Notes under the pieces: generated by a model
Databases searched by the model: none
Told to the model about the DNA's origin: nothing
What the model saw: the letters and a program-made list of their open reading frames with translations, nothing else
Position numbers and translations under genes: made by a program
Assembly: GCA_964478715.1 (NCBI GenBank)
Contig: CAYZIY010000005.1
Coordinates: 19,832-83,831 of the forward strand
Source of the DNA: an uncultured Planctomycetales bacterium
GTDB lineage: Bacteria > Omnitrophota > Gorgyraeia > Zapsychrales > JBDRMG01
Direction of reading: 5' to 3'
DNA length: 64,000 nt
Shown: positions 1-9,219 of the stretch, in pieces
How positions within the stretch are numbered: the stretch's first letter is position 1
Layout: each line of letters starts with the position of its first letter

Positions 1-2
1 TT

Positions 3-500
3 TTAAACTATCAAAAGCTTGACTCAGGGCAATTGGATTTTGATTTCAAACGGATTGATCTCAATGAGATGATCAGAAAGACTGCCGAAGAAATGAAACT
101 GGTTTTTGAAAAAGAAGGCCTGACTCTTAAGCAGGATCTTTGCGGACAGCTTCCGGCTATCCAGTCTGATTATGATAAGATCAAGCAAGTTTTGATCAAT
201 TTGATCAATAATGCGAAAAAATTCACTGAAAAGGGAGGGGCCACGGTTAAATCTGAAATTGACCAAGACAATGTGGTGATTTCTGTTAGTGATACCGGCT
301 GCGGTATTCCCCAGGATAAAATCAAAACCCTTTTTCAACCCTTTTGCCAGGCGGAGAATAAGGAGGCAAAAGAAAAAGGAACTGGTTTAGGGCTCGCGAT
401 CAGCGAGAAAATCATTATCCAGCATGGGGGACGTATTGGGGCATCCAGCCAAGTCGGCGAAGGATCAACCTTTTCTTTTCAACTTCCTCTTAAAAGATAA
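3..500 (+). CDS. Sensor histidine kinase, C-terminal part (end of HisKA plus HATPase_c); 5'-truncated by the window edge
   Basis: Frame open from position 3 (LNYQKLDSGQLDF); N box QVLINLINNAKKFT, G1 DTGCGI, G2 GTGLGLAI, GEGSTF. Confidence 0.9.
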   Translation, partial: LNYQKLDSGQLDFDFKRIDLNEMIRKTAEEMKLVFEKEGLTLKQDLCGQLPAIQSDYDKIKQVLINLINNAKKFTEKGGATVKSEIDQDNVVISVSDTGCGIPQDKIKTLFQPFCQAENKEAKEKGTGLGLAISEKIIIQHGGRIGASSQVGEGSTFSFQLPLKR

Positions 501-503
501 TCC

Positions 504-2153
504 ATGGCGTATCAAATTTTATTAATCGATGATGATCGTGATTTTCGGAAGGAATTCCGGGATTATTTCTATGATCTTAAGGTCCTTGAAGCGGCCAACA
601 GCCGCGAAGCGATCAAGATTCTTCAAAAACCCCATCAGATCGATTTGATTATTCTTGATGAGATGCTGTCCTGCGAAAGAGGCACTCAGATTCTTCCGGA
701 GATTCGGTCTGCTGCTCCTCGCGTGGGGGTCATGATCCTGACCGGTTACGGCTCAACTGATGTGGCTGCCGAGGCCTTGAGAGGTCAGGCTGTTGATTTT
801 CTGGAAAAGCCTTTGAATAAAAGAAAACTACAATTAATCCGGTCGCGAATTAACTCGAGTTTTCTTTCGAAAGAGCCGCAGGCGCCTGATGAGGTCGAGA
901 GAAAGATTGAGAAGGCCAGGCTTTTTGCTCTAAGAAATTATGACAAAAAGCTTACTCTTAATGATGTTGCCGCGATTGTGCATTTGAGTCCGAAATACTT
1001 TAGCCGTTTATTCAAAAAGCGGACGGGATTTAGCTTCAGCGAATATCGCTTGAGTGTGCGGGTCGAAAAATCCAAGGAGCTTTTAAAGAAATCCGGGCAG
1101 AGCATTGATCAAATTTCATACTCTTTGGGATATAAGAATACGGAATCCTTTATCAGGATATTCAAGATGTTTTGCGGTCAAACGCCTCACTCGTTCCGTC
1201 AGAAGAGCAAGAAGAAAAAGAAGAACATCAGGATCCTGCCCGATAAAGGCGTTTTGAGTTCTATCTATACCCATTTGCAAGAAGAAAAAAAGCGTCTTAT
1301 TAAAGATAAAAAAACCTTGGGTCAGAAAAAACAGATCCTGCAAAAGGTAAACAGGAAATTAAAAGAAGAAAAAGAATATATTGAGGTTCAAAAGTCAGAA
1401 AGAGATCATTTGATCCGCAAAAAAACCAAGGAATTAAAGGCTACCAAACAGCAGCTGCGCAAAGAGAAACATCTTTCCGAGATCGGTAAACTGGCCTCGG
1501 TTATCGCTCATGAATTACGCAATCCCCTGGGAACCATTCAGACAGCTTTGTATAATATCAGACAAAAGACACGCAATAAAAAGCTATACGGTCATCTTAA
1601 CAGAATAGAAAAAAAGATCGATGAAAGCGAACAAATTATCAAGGGCCTGCTTCATTATGCCCGTATTTTGGCTCCTGCCCATCAAGAAATATCACTTTAT
1701 CCCCTTATCGTAGAATGCATCAAAACCCGTCGTCAAAGATTCAAGAAAAAAAGGGTGCGCATCAGTCAGGATCTTAATATTCTCAAAAAGAAAAAAATTC
1801 AGGCTGATGCTCTTCAGATGAGGCAGGTTTTCAATAATATTCTCAATAATGCTTTCCAGGCTATCTCTTCCTCCGGGGGGCATATTAAAATAACAGCAAG
1901 AAGACATCGAAAAAGTGCCCTGAAGATCGACATTCAAGATAACGGTAAAGGGATTGATCCGCTTGAAAAAGACAGAGTCTTTGAGTTGTTTTATTCGAGA
2001 CGCCCTCAGGGAACAGGATTGGGTCTGGCCGTGTGCAAACAGCTTGTCGAACTTCATAAAGGTCAAATCAGCATAAGAAGCCAAAAAGGTAAAGGCGCTG
2101 CCGTTACGATTTTTCTGCCATTGCGCAAGCGAAGAAAACTCTCTCGCTTTTAG
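504..2153 (+). CDS. Hybrid signalling protein: REC + AraC-type HTH + coiled coil + HisKA/HATPase_c
   Basis: ILLIDDD...LIILDE...FLEKP (REC); LSPKYFSRLFKK...LGYKNTESFIRIFK...TPHSFR (AraC); AHELRNPL, NILNNAFQA, DNGKGI, GTGLGL (kinase). Confidence 0.85.
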   Translation: MAYQILLIDDDRDFRKEFRDYFYDLKVLEAANSREAIKILQKPHQIDLIILDEMLSCERGTQILPEIRSAAPRVGVMILTGYGSTDVAAEALRGQAVDFLEKPLNKRKLQLIRSRINSSFLSKEPQAPDEVERKIEKARLFALRNYDKKLTLNDVAAIVHLSPKYFSRLFKKRTGFSFSEYRLSVRVEKSKELLKKSGQSIDQISYSLGYKNTESFIRIFKMFCGQTPHSFRQKSKKKKKNIRILPDKGVLSSIYTHLQEEKKRLIKDKKTLGQKKQILQKVNRKLKEEKEYIEVQKSERDHLIRKKTKELKATKQQLRKEKHLSEIGKLASVIAHELRNPLGTIQTALYNIRQKTRNKKLYGHLNRIEKKIDESEQIIKGLLHYARILAPAHQEISLYPLIVECIKTRRQRFKKKRVRISQDLNILKKKKIQADALQMRQVFNNILNNAFQAISSSGGHIKITARRHRKSALKIDIQDNGKGIDPLEKDRVFELFYSRRPQGTGLGLAVCKQLVELHKGQISIRSQKGKGAAVTIFLPLRKRRKLSRF

Positions 2154-2170
2154 ATTCAACAGCCAATTTC

Positions 2171-2235
2171 GGTCCATTAAAGTAGAACAAAGTCAATTAT
2201 TTCAGGAAACAGTCTATTCCCTCAGGGGGTCAATA
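2171..2235 (+). promoter_or_regulatory. Phased direct repeats RGTCNATW, candidate activator binding sites
   Basis: GGTCCATT 2171, AGTCAATT 2191, AGTCTATT 2211 (20-bp period), GGTCAATA 2228; intergenic, upstream of 2257. Confidence 0.4.
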
Positions 2236-2256
2236 GATTTATCATAGTAGTGTCTT

Positions 2257-2646
2257 ATGAAAAAAAGGAAAAATAAAAAGAAGATTGTCGCCATTGATGA
2301 CCAGAAAGATTTCTTGAAGGAGCTAAAGGAAACGCTCCAGATTACCGGTTATCAACCTTATGTCTTCAGCCGGGCCTCTCAGGCGCTTAGAGAGATCAAG
2401 AAGATTAAACCTGATGTTATCCTTCTGGATTTGAGACTGGGGAAAGAAAATGGTGTGGAGACAGCTCTCCAATTAAAAAATGAAAAAGAAACAAAATCTA
2501 TTCCCGTGATCATTATGACTGCTTTTTATGACCAGGATGATTACCGTTTGTTAAAACAAACATGTCAAATCGAAATGTGGCTCAAGAAACCTCTCAAACC
2601 TCTGGATATCATCGCAGCTATCGAGAAGAAAACTAAAGAAGTTTAA
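2257..2646 (+). CDS. Single-domain response regulator (CheY-like)
   Basis: IVAIDD, PDVILLDLRL, IPVIIMTA, LKKP. Confidence 0.9.
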   Translation: MKKRKNKKKIVAIDDQKDFLKELKETLQITGYQPYVFSRASQALREIKKIKPDVILLDLRLGKENGVETALQLKNEKETKSIPVIIMTAFYDQDDYRLLKQTCQIEMWLKKPLKPLDIIAAIEKKTKEV

Positions 2647-2679
2647 GATATCAATAATACCGAATCAAAAAAGGAGGGT

Positions 2680-2985
2680 ATGGCCATGACGGAAGATCAT
2701 AAAAAAGCCTATCAACAGAAAGCCGAAGCTCAGATTAAGGCTTGGGAGCAAAAAATGAATGAGTTTAAATCCAAGATTGATCTGATGAGCGCGGATGCCA
2801 GAGTGAATTTGATAGAAAAATTAGGGGAGCTCAAAAGGAAGACAGAGCAGGCCAAGATGGGGCTGGATGAGGTCAAGAATTCGACTCAGCAAAACTGGGA
2901 AACTACGAGAGATAAAATCGAGGGGATGTTGGAGGCTACGAAAAATGCCGTTGACGATATTGCTTCGAAAATCAAAGGCGAGTAA
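2680..2985 (+). CDS. Small coiled-coil protein (sll1863-like stress protein family)
   Basis: KKAYQQKAEAQIKAWE...NWE pattern; strong RBS AGGAGG. Confidence 0.6.
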   Translation: MAMTEDHKKAYQQKAEAQIKAWEQKMNEFKSKIDLMSADARVNLIEKLGELKRKTEQAKMGLDEVKNSTQQNWETTRDKIEGMLEATKNAVDDIASKIKGE

Positions 2986-3007
2986 CGGGTAAAAGCGCTC
3001 AGAGATT

Positions 3008-4429
3008 ATGAGAAAGAAAAAAGTGAAGGTTGCTGTCATTGGCGCCGGCACAGCCGGGCTTTCGGCTCTTCGCGAGGTTTTCAAAAAGACCAAAGATGCG
3101 GTGCTGATTAACGGCGGGTCTTACGGAACAACCTGCGCGCGGGTCGGATGTATGCCTTCTAAGGTGTTGATTCAGGCAGCTGATGATTTTGACCGCAGAA
3201 GATTATTTGCCCAGAAAGGAATCAGGGGAACAAAGGATCTTCGTCTAAATACCAGGAAACTGATGGATCATGTGCGCTGTAGGCGAGACTATTTTACCTC
3301 AGGTGTTTTAAAGACCATCCGGAAAATTGGTCAACGAAATCTTAAAGGATATGCTCGTTTTATTCATCCTCGCCTGCTTGATGTGGATGGACAGCGAGTC
3401 AAAGCTGATGCGATGATTATCGCAACCGGCTCCTCTCCTGTGATCCCGTCACGCTGGAAGTCACTAGAGAAGCATCTGATCACAACGGATAATTTCTTTG
3501 AACTCAAAAGTCTATCGGATCACATGTCTTTGATCGGTGCTGGAGCCATCGGTCTGGAAATCGGACAGGCCCTTTCCGGTCTAGGAATTAAGGTGGATCT
3601 TATTGAGGCTTCCGGATCGATCGGAGGCTTAAGTGATCCTGAAGTCAATCGAATGGCGTGTAAATATTTTGAGAGTAAGATGAATTTGCATCTTAACACT
3701 CAAGCGGATTTATCCTTAGAACAAGAAAAGGTTGTTATTCGTCTCAATAGCAAAACACTTAAAAGAGACAATGTTTTCTTAACGATGGGTCGGATGCCCA
3801 ATATCGATAAGCTGGAACTTGAGAATCTTCATGTGAGGCTCAACGAGAAAGGTCTGCCTCATGTTAATCCCCACACCTTGCAGGTGGGTTCTTTGCCTGT
3901 TTTTATGGCCGGAGATGTCAATGGAGACCGTCCGGTTCTTCATGAGGCCGCTGATGAAGGCGTTATAGCCGGATACAATGCCTTGCGCAGAAAGCCGTAT
4001 TGCTTCAAAAGACGGGTGCCGCTTGCGATTGCGTTTACAGATCCTCAGATCGTGGTTGTCGGAAAAGGATATCACCAAGTGAAGAAAGAACCTCATAAAA
4101 TTGGTGAAGCCAGATTCGATTCTCAGGGCCGCTCTTTAATTTTGGACCGCAATACAGGCTTGCTTCGGCTCTATGTCCGACCTTCTGATGGACGGCTTTT
4201 AGGCGCCGAAATGCTTGCGCCCCACGCGGAATATATAGGGCATCTATTAGCCTGGAGTTTGCAAAACTGTCTGAGTGTTTTTGATATACTCAAACTTCCT
4301 TTTTATCATCCGACCGTTTTAGAAGGCTTAAGGAGCGCTTTAAGAGAGGTGGCCGGCAAAGTCAAGAATAGGAAACCTAGCCTGGAGCTGGCCCCCTGCG
4401 AAGAGTTGCCTGTTTCCTGTTTTAATTGA
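3008..4429 (+). CDS. Dihydrolipoamide dehydrogenase-like pyridine nucleotide-disulfide oxidoreductase
   Basis: GAGTAG, redox disulfide TCARVGCMPSK, GAGAIG, C-terminal YHPTVLE. Confidence 0.85.
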   Translation: MRKKKVKVAVIGAGTAGLSALREVFKKTKDAVLINGGSYGTTCARVGCMPSKVLIQAADDFDRRRLFAQKGIRGTKDLRLNTRKLMDHVRCRRDYFTSGVLKTIRKIGQRNLKGYARFIHPRLLDVDGQRVKADAMIIATGSSPVIPSRWKSLEKHLITTDNFFELKSLSDHMSLIGAGAIGLEIGQALSGLGIKVDLIEASGSIGGLSDPEVNRMACKYFESKMNLHLNTQADLSLEQEKVVIRLNSKTLKRDNVFLTMGRMPNIDKLELENLHVRLNEKGLPHVNPHTLQVGSLPVFMAGDVNGDRPVLHEAADEGVIAGYNALRRKPYCFKRRVPLAIAFTDPQIVVVGKGYHQVKKEPHKIGEARFDSQGRSLILDRNTGLLRLYVRPSDGRLLGAEMLAPHAEYIGHLLAWSLQNCLSVFDILKLPFYHPTVLEGLRSALREVAGKVKNRKPSLELAPCEELPVSCFN

Positions 4430-4491
4430 TTGGGTCGATAAAGCTTGATCTGTAACCCACATGACAGAGCTTTTGATAGGAGAATGAAACA

Positions 4492-5100
4492 ATGAATAAG
4501 GATCTTTTAAGAAAAATGAAAAATTATTTCTGGACCGGCATTGCCTCATTGTTTCCTATTCTGATCACCGGATATGTTATTTATTTGATGTTTTCGATCG
4601 TTGAGAAATTCATCGGGAAACCGATCAATCATTTCTTTGTAGATCAATTCGGCTATTATCTACCGGGAATCGGTTTTGTCGTTTCTTTATTTTTGATTGT
4701 CGGAGTTGGATTTATATCGAGTTTATATGTTGGCCGTTGGTTTCAATCTTTACTGGAAAGCATATTACGGCGGATTCCAGTGATCGGAAATATTTATCCC
4801 TCGGCTAAAAAGGTATCCGAATTTCTTTTCAGCAGTGAACAGAAAAAGCAATTCAAAAAGGTAGTTCTGGTGGAATATCCCGGTAAAGGTAACTGGTCCA
4901 TAGGTTTTATTACTAATGAAAAGATCAGCGAAGAAATCATGAAAGCCCAAAAGGACGAAGTTTGCGTTTTTATCCCTCTGGCTCCGGCGCCTTTTTCGGG
5001 CTTTATTGTGATAGTGACTAGGGATCGCGTTAAAGAAATTGATCTCAGCATTGAGGAGGCCATCAAATTTGTTTTTTCCGCTGGTGTCGTAACGTCCTAA
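4492..5100 (+). CDS. DUF502 family membrane protein
   Basis: Two N-terminal TM helices, RIPVIGNIY, VLVEYP, VFIPLAPAPFSGF, EEAIKFVFSAG. Confidence 0.85.
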   Translation: MNKDLLRKMKNYFWTGIASLFPILITGYVIYLMFSIVEKFIGKPINHFFVDQFGYYLPGIGFVVSLFLIVGVGFISSLYVGRWFQSLLESILRRIPVIGNIYPSAKKVSEFLFSSEQKKQFKKVVLVEYPGKGNWSIGFITNEKISEEIMKAQKDEVCVFIPLAPAPFSGFIVIVTRDRVKEIDLSIEEAIKFVFSAGVVTS

Positions 5101-5125
5101 AAACACATCTCATTAAGGAAATTTT

Positions 5126-7411
5126 ATGATTAGCCGTATCAGAAATTCTTTAATCAATTATATGATTAAGAAAACGGCTCGCAATTACGGGTTTTTGGAT
5201 CCCATGAAATTATTGGGACAACTCAACCGTTTCGCCCAGCCTTCCAGCGTGTTGGTGCCTACGGAGTTATTGCGATCCGGCGCCCTGTTGCAGGCCCGGG
5301 GATTGATCAATTCTCAGGCCATTCAACATAATCTGGATTGGCTTTGGCCTTTCTGGGTTCGGCGTCAATTTGATCCCATAGATATTTCTTTTATTCCCCG
5401 AGCTTTTTCTCTAACACATATTAATTTAACGCATCGAAATTGGACCGCCATTGGTCTGCCCGGCTGTTCGCAAACGCCGATCGTTGATCCACGCGGATTA
5501 TTAACGCCCTTCTGGGATGGCTGGTCATTGGATTGCTGGATCGTTCATAAAGATAGAGAGGATTTAATTCCTTCTCAAATGAATTCGGTGGATCAAAAGA
5601 TTCACATCAATGATCAGCTGGCAGTCTCTACGTGTTTTGATCAAAAAGGTTCCCGGCTTTTAACCTGGTGTTTCGTCGAGCGCCAAGAAGGCGAATATAT
5701 CTGCCGGATGGATGTCACGGCTCAAAGTTTTCAACCGGCCTGGCTCGCTGTTTCTTTAAGGCCCTATAATCCCGAGGGGGTCAGTTTTATTCACACCATT
5801 GAGCGTCTTAAGGATATTCCGGGATGGTGCGTGAATCAAACGGATCAAATAGAGTTTTCTTGCAAGCCTCAACAATATTCTTTCTCTGATTACCGTCAAG
5901 GAGATGTTTATCATCGTCTTTTGGCTCAGCCCGATAGAAAGAAAATCAAATGCGATGTCGGCATGGCAACGGCAGCGGCTTTATTTGATTTATCCAGTGA
6001 AAAAGAAAAATCGCTGGCGATTCAGGTCCCTTTGAAATATGAAAAAACAGGAAAGGTTTCATTTCAGAAACAGAAACCCGTTATCCAAACATGGGGCGAA
6101 GCGCTAAAAGAAAGATGCGCTTTAGAGATTCCCGATCAACAAAGCAGCCGGCTCTATGAGATCGCGTTGCGGACAATGGTTTTGCATGCCTCCGATAAGC
6201 TCTATGCTGGACCGTATACATATAAACGTTTCTGGTTTCGGGATGCTGTGTTTATTTGCTATGCCTTTTTGTGCGCCGGTCTTAAGGAGAAAGCTTGGGA
6301 GATGATGAACCAGTTTGAAAGACGGCAAAAAGCAAACGGATATTTTGAATCCCAGGAAGGCGAGTGGGACAGTAACGGGCAGGTCTTGTGGCTTTTGGAA
6401 AAATATTGCCAGCTGACCGGAGAAAATCTTCCGGATTTCTGGAAAGCCATTATTAAGAAAGCGGCCAGATGGATTATCAGAAAGAGACTTGTCGATGATA
6501 TCAATGCTTTACATGCCGGTCTGATGCCTGCGGGTTTTAGCGCGGAGCACTTAGGGCCCAATGATTACTATTATTGGGATAACTTTTGGTCTGTTGCCGG
6601 ACTCCGTTATGCAGCTTCGCTGATGGAGCGTTTTCAAGAATGGGATGAGGCCAAAGGTTACCGGCAGGAAGCCGAGGCATTAATGAGTAAAATAGAAAAG
6701 AGTTTGCAGGCAGTTGCTCAACGGTTGTCGTCAAATGTTATCCCGGCTTCTATTTATCGACGGATGGACAGCGGAGCGGTGGGCTCTCTTGTTGCCGGTT
6801 ATCCGCTTCAATTATTTGGTGAAAAAGATCAGCGTTTAACCGAAACCGTTGAGTATCTTTACCGGAACTGTCTGGTGGATAAGGGATTTTTTCACGATAT
6901 GAGTCATTCGGGGATCAATCCTTATCTGACATTACACATCGCGCAGGTTATGTTGCGTGGCGGTGATATCCGGTTTTTTGATTTAATGCAGGCTATTCGC
7001 GATTTGGCTTCCGAAACGGGCCAGTGGCCGGAAGCTATTCATCCCATAACCAAAGGCGGTTGTATGGGTGATGGGCAGCATGTCTGGGCTGCCGCCGAAT
7101 GGACCTTGATGATGCGCAACTGTTTTGTCCGAGAGGATGGATGCGATCGATCATTGATTTTATGCCAAGGAATCATGCCCCAGTGGTATGCCAATCAAAG
7201 AGAAATTTCTTTTGGCTGGACTCCGACTTCTTTGGGAAACCTGAAAGTTAAACTCCAAACTTATTCGGATAAAATCATCATTAGCTGGGATGGCCGATGG
7301 CATGACAGGGAACCTTTAATCGACATCCGACTTCCCGGATTTCAGCCGGTTTTGGTGCCTTCCGGGAGCCATCAGAAAGTTATTTTCTCTCCGCAAGGAA
7401 TCGAATCATGA
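5126..7411 (+). CDS. Six-hairpin (alpha/alpha)6 glycosidase-like protein of unknown specificity
   Basis: GPYTYKRFWFRD, GEWDSNGQ, YYWDNFWSVAG, GQWPEAIHP, GDGQHVWAAA resemble GH15/GH63/GH78-like barrels. Confidence 0.55.
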   Translation: MISRIRNSLINYMIKKTARNYGFLDPMKLLGQLNRFAQPSSVLVPTELLRSGALLQARGLINSQAIQHNLDWLWPFWVRRQFDPIDISFIPRAFSLTHINLTHRNWTAIGLPGCSQTPIVDPRGLLTPFWDGWSLDCWIVHKDREDLIPSQMNSVDQKIHINDQLAVSTCFDQKGSRLLTWCFVERQEGEYICRMDVTAQSFQPAWLAVSLRPYNPEGVSFIHTIERLKDIPGWCVNQTDQIEFSCKPQQYSFSDYRQGDVYHRLLAQPDRKKIKCDVGMATAAALFDLSSEKEKSLAIQVPLKYEKTGKVSFQKQKPVIQTWGEALKERCALEIPDQQSSRLYEIALRTMVLHASDKLYAGPYTYKRFWFRDAVFICYAFLCAGLKEKAWEMMNQFERRQKANGYFESQEGEWDSNGQVLWLLEKYCQLTGENLPDFWKAIIKKAARWIIRKRLVDDINALHAGLMPAGFSAEHLGPNDYYYWDNFWSVAGLRYAASLMERFQEWDEAKGYRQEAEALMSKIEKSLQAVAQRLSSNVIPASIYRRMDSGAVGSLVAGYPLQLFGEKDQRLTETVEYLYRNCLVDKGFFHDMSHSGINPYLTLHIAQVMLRGGDIRFFDLMQAIRDLASETGQWPEAIHPITKGGCMGDGQHVWAAAEWTLMMRNCFVREDGCDRSLILCQGIMPQWYANQREISFGWTPTSLGNLKVKLQTYSDKIIISWDGRWHDREPLIDIRLPGFQPVLVPSGSHQKVIFSPQGIES

Positions 7412-8700
7412 ATATTGTGATGATGACTAATACGTATAAACCGATCATCGGGGGTTTAGAAAGATCCGTAGAAGCATTTACCGAGTATTATCGAAAAAAA
7501 GATCATCAGGTACTTATTGTTACTCCCGAGCATCAGGAGGCCCTCGGGCACGAGGAGGGCGTGATCCGTGTTCCCGCTATCCAGCATTTCAATGGGACCG
7601 ATTTTTCTGTCGAGCTTCCGATTCATTTCACGCTTCTTAAAGAATTAGATCAGTGGAAACCGGATATTATTCATTCGCATCATCCGTTTTTGATCGGCGA
7701 TACAGCTTTACGTGCTTCGGAAAGATATCAAATTCCCATTGTTTTTACGCACCATACTCTCTTTGAACAATACACCCATTATGTGCCCGTTAAAGCCAGG
7801 GCCTTGAAAGATTTTGTTGTGGGACTAGCTGTAGGCTATGCTAATCTTTGCGATCATGTTTTCGCTCCCAGTGAAAGTATCCGGGATCTGATCAAAGAAC
7901 GCGGCATCATCAAACCTGTCAGTGTGGTCCCGACGGGAATTGAGACAGAGAAGTTTCTTAAGGGTGACGGGGAAGGTTTTCGAGAAAAATACGGAATCAG
8001 GAATGATTGTTTTCTTTGTGGTACGGTCGGTCGAGTTGCAAAAGAGAAAAATACTGATTTTTTGATGCACGCGATCGCGCGGTTTCTTAAAGACAATGAC
8101 CGGGCTGAGTTTGTTGTCGTCGGCCAGGGAGATGCTCTTAAGGGAATGAGCAACTATTTTGATAGGGAAGGTTTAAGCGAACGGTTTCATACAACTGGTT
8201 CGCTTCAAGATCAAGAGTTGGTCGATGCTTATCATGCGATGGATGTCTTCGTTTTCGCCTCTCACAGCGAAACACAGGGATTGGTTTTGATTGAAGCGAT
8301 GGCCTGCGGCGTTCCGGTTGTGGCTGTCGATGCCCCCGGTGTACGGGAAGTTTGCGAAGAGCGAGTCAACGGCCGGTTGATCAGCCGGGACAATGAGAAA
8401 GATTTCTGTGAGGCCTTGAACTGGATGGCGAATCTGGATAAGGACATTTACCTTAAGATGAAATCTTTGACCCGTCAAAAGGCCGAGGAATTTACTCAAA
8501 AGAAGGTCGCTGAGAAAGCCTTAGCTATTTATGAAGAGCTGATCTTAAGGAAATACAAAGAAAAACCTCTGGATGATAATCCCTGGAGCCGGGCTGTTGG
8601 TATGATTAAGGCAGAGCTCAAGTTGCTCCAAACCTACTCCCAGGTTTCGCAGGAGGCTATAAAAAAGAACGGTCAAAAAGAAAATCATTTCCAAGGATGA
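7408..8700 (+). CDS. Glycosyltransferase family 4 (diacylglycerol glucosyltransferase-like)
   Basis: TNTYKPIIGG, IIHSHHPF, GRVAKEKN, SETQGLVLIEAMACG. Confidence 0.9.
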   Translation: MNIVMMTNTYKPIIGGLERSVEAFTEYYRKKDHQVLIVTPEHQEALGHEEGVIRVPAIQHFNGTDFSVELPIHFTLLKELDQWKPDIIHSHHPFLIGDTALRASERYQIPIVFTHHTLFEQYTHYVPVKARALKDFVVGLAVGYANLCDHVFAPSESIRDLIKERGIIKPVSVVPTGIETEKFLKGDGEGFREKYGIRNDCFLCGTVGRVAKEKNTDFLMHAIARFLKDNDRAEFVVVGQGDALKGMSNYFDREGLSERFHTTGSLQDQELVDAYHAMDVFVFASHSETQGLVLIEAMACGVPVVAVDAPGVREVCEERVNGRLISRDNEKDFCEALNWMANLDKDIYLKMKSLTRQKAEEFTQKKVAEKALAIYEELILRKYKEKPLDDNPWSRAVGMIKAELKLLQTYSQVSQEAIKKNGQKENHFQG

Positions 8701-8737
8701 TTGCACACAATGTTGAAGATACAAAAAGGAGGATGAA

Positions 8738-9172
8738 ATGACTCAGGCAAAAAACGGTGACAAAGTGAAAGTTCGATATGTCGGTAAATTCACAAATGGC
8801 GAAATTTTTGATAATTCTAAAGAGAAAAATCCTTTAGAATTCACTCTGGGAGACGACAATATTATGGCCGCTTTTCAGCAGGCCGTGATCGGCATGGAAC
8901 CGGGTCAGTCGAAAACAACAACTATTCCTTCGCAAGAAGCCTACGGCGCTCGGGATAAAGATAAGGCTGTAAAAGTTAAGCGAGACGACTTGCCGAAAGG
9001 GTTGAATCCTGAAGTCGGCCAACAACTCAAGGCTCAGGAGGAAGGCGGGCGGACGATTCCCGTTCTCGTGACGGCCATTGATGAGGAAAGTGTTACGCTG
9101 GACATCAACCATCCTTTGGCCGGAAAAGATCTACTGTTTGATATTCATCTGGCAGAGATCGTTAGCGGCTGA
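8738..9172 (+). CDS. FKBP-type peptidyl-prolyl isomerase (SlyD/SlpA-like)
   Basis: GDKVKVRYVG, EAYG, LDINHPLAGKDLLF. Confidence 0.9.
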   Translation: MTQAKNGDKVKVRYVGKFTNGEIFDNSKEKNPLEFTLGDDNIMAAFQQAVIGMEPGQSKTTTIPSQEAYGARDKDKAVKVKRDDLPKGLNPEVGQQLKAQEEGGRTIPVLVTAIDEESVTLDINHPLAGKDLLFDIHLAEIVSG

Positions 9173-9219
9173 TCGGCGTCTCTGGAAATAGAAAATAAAA
9201 ATTTTCATAATCAAAAGGC

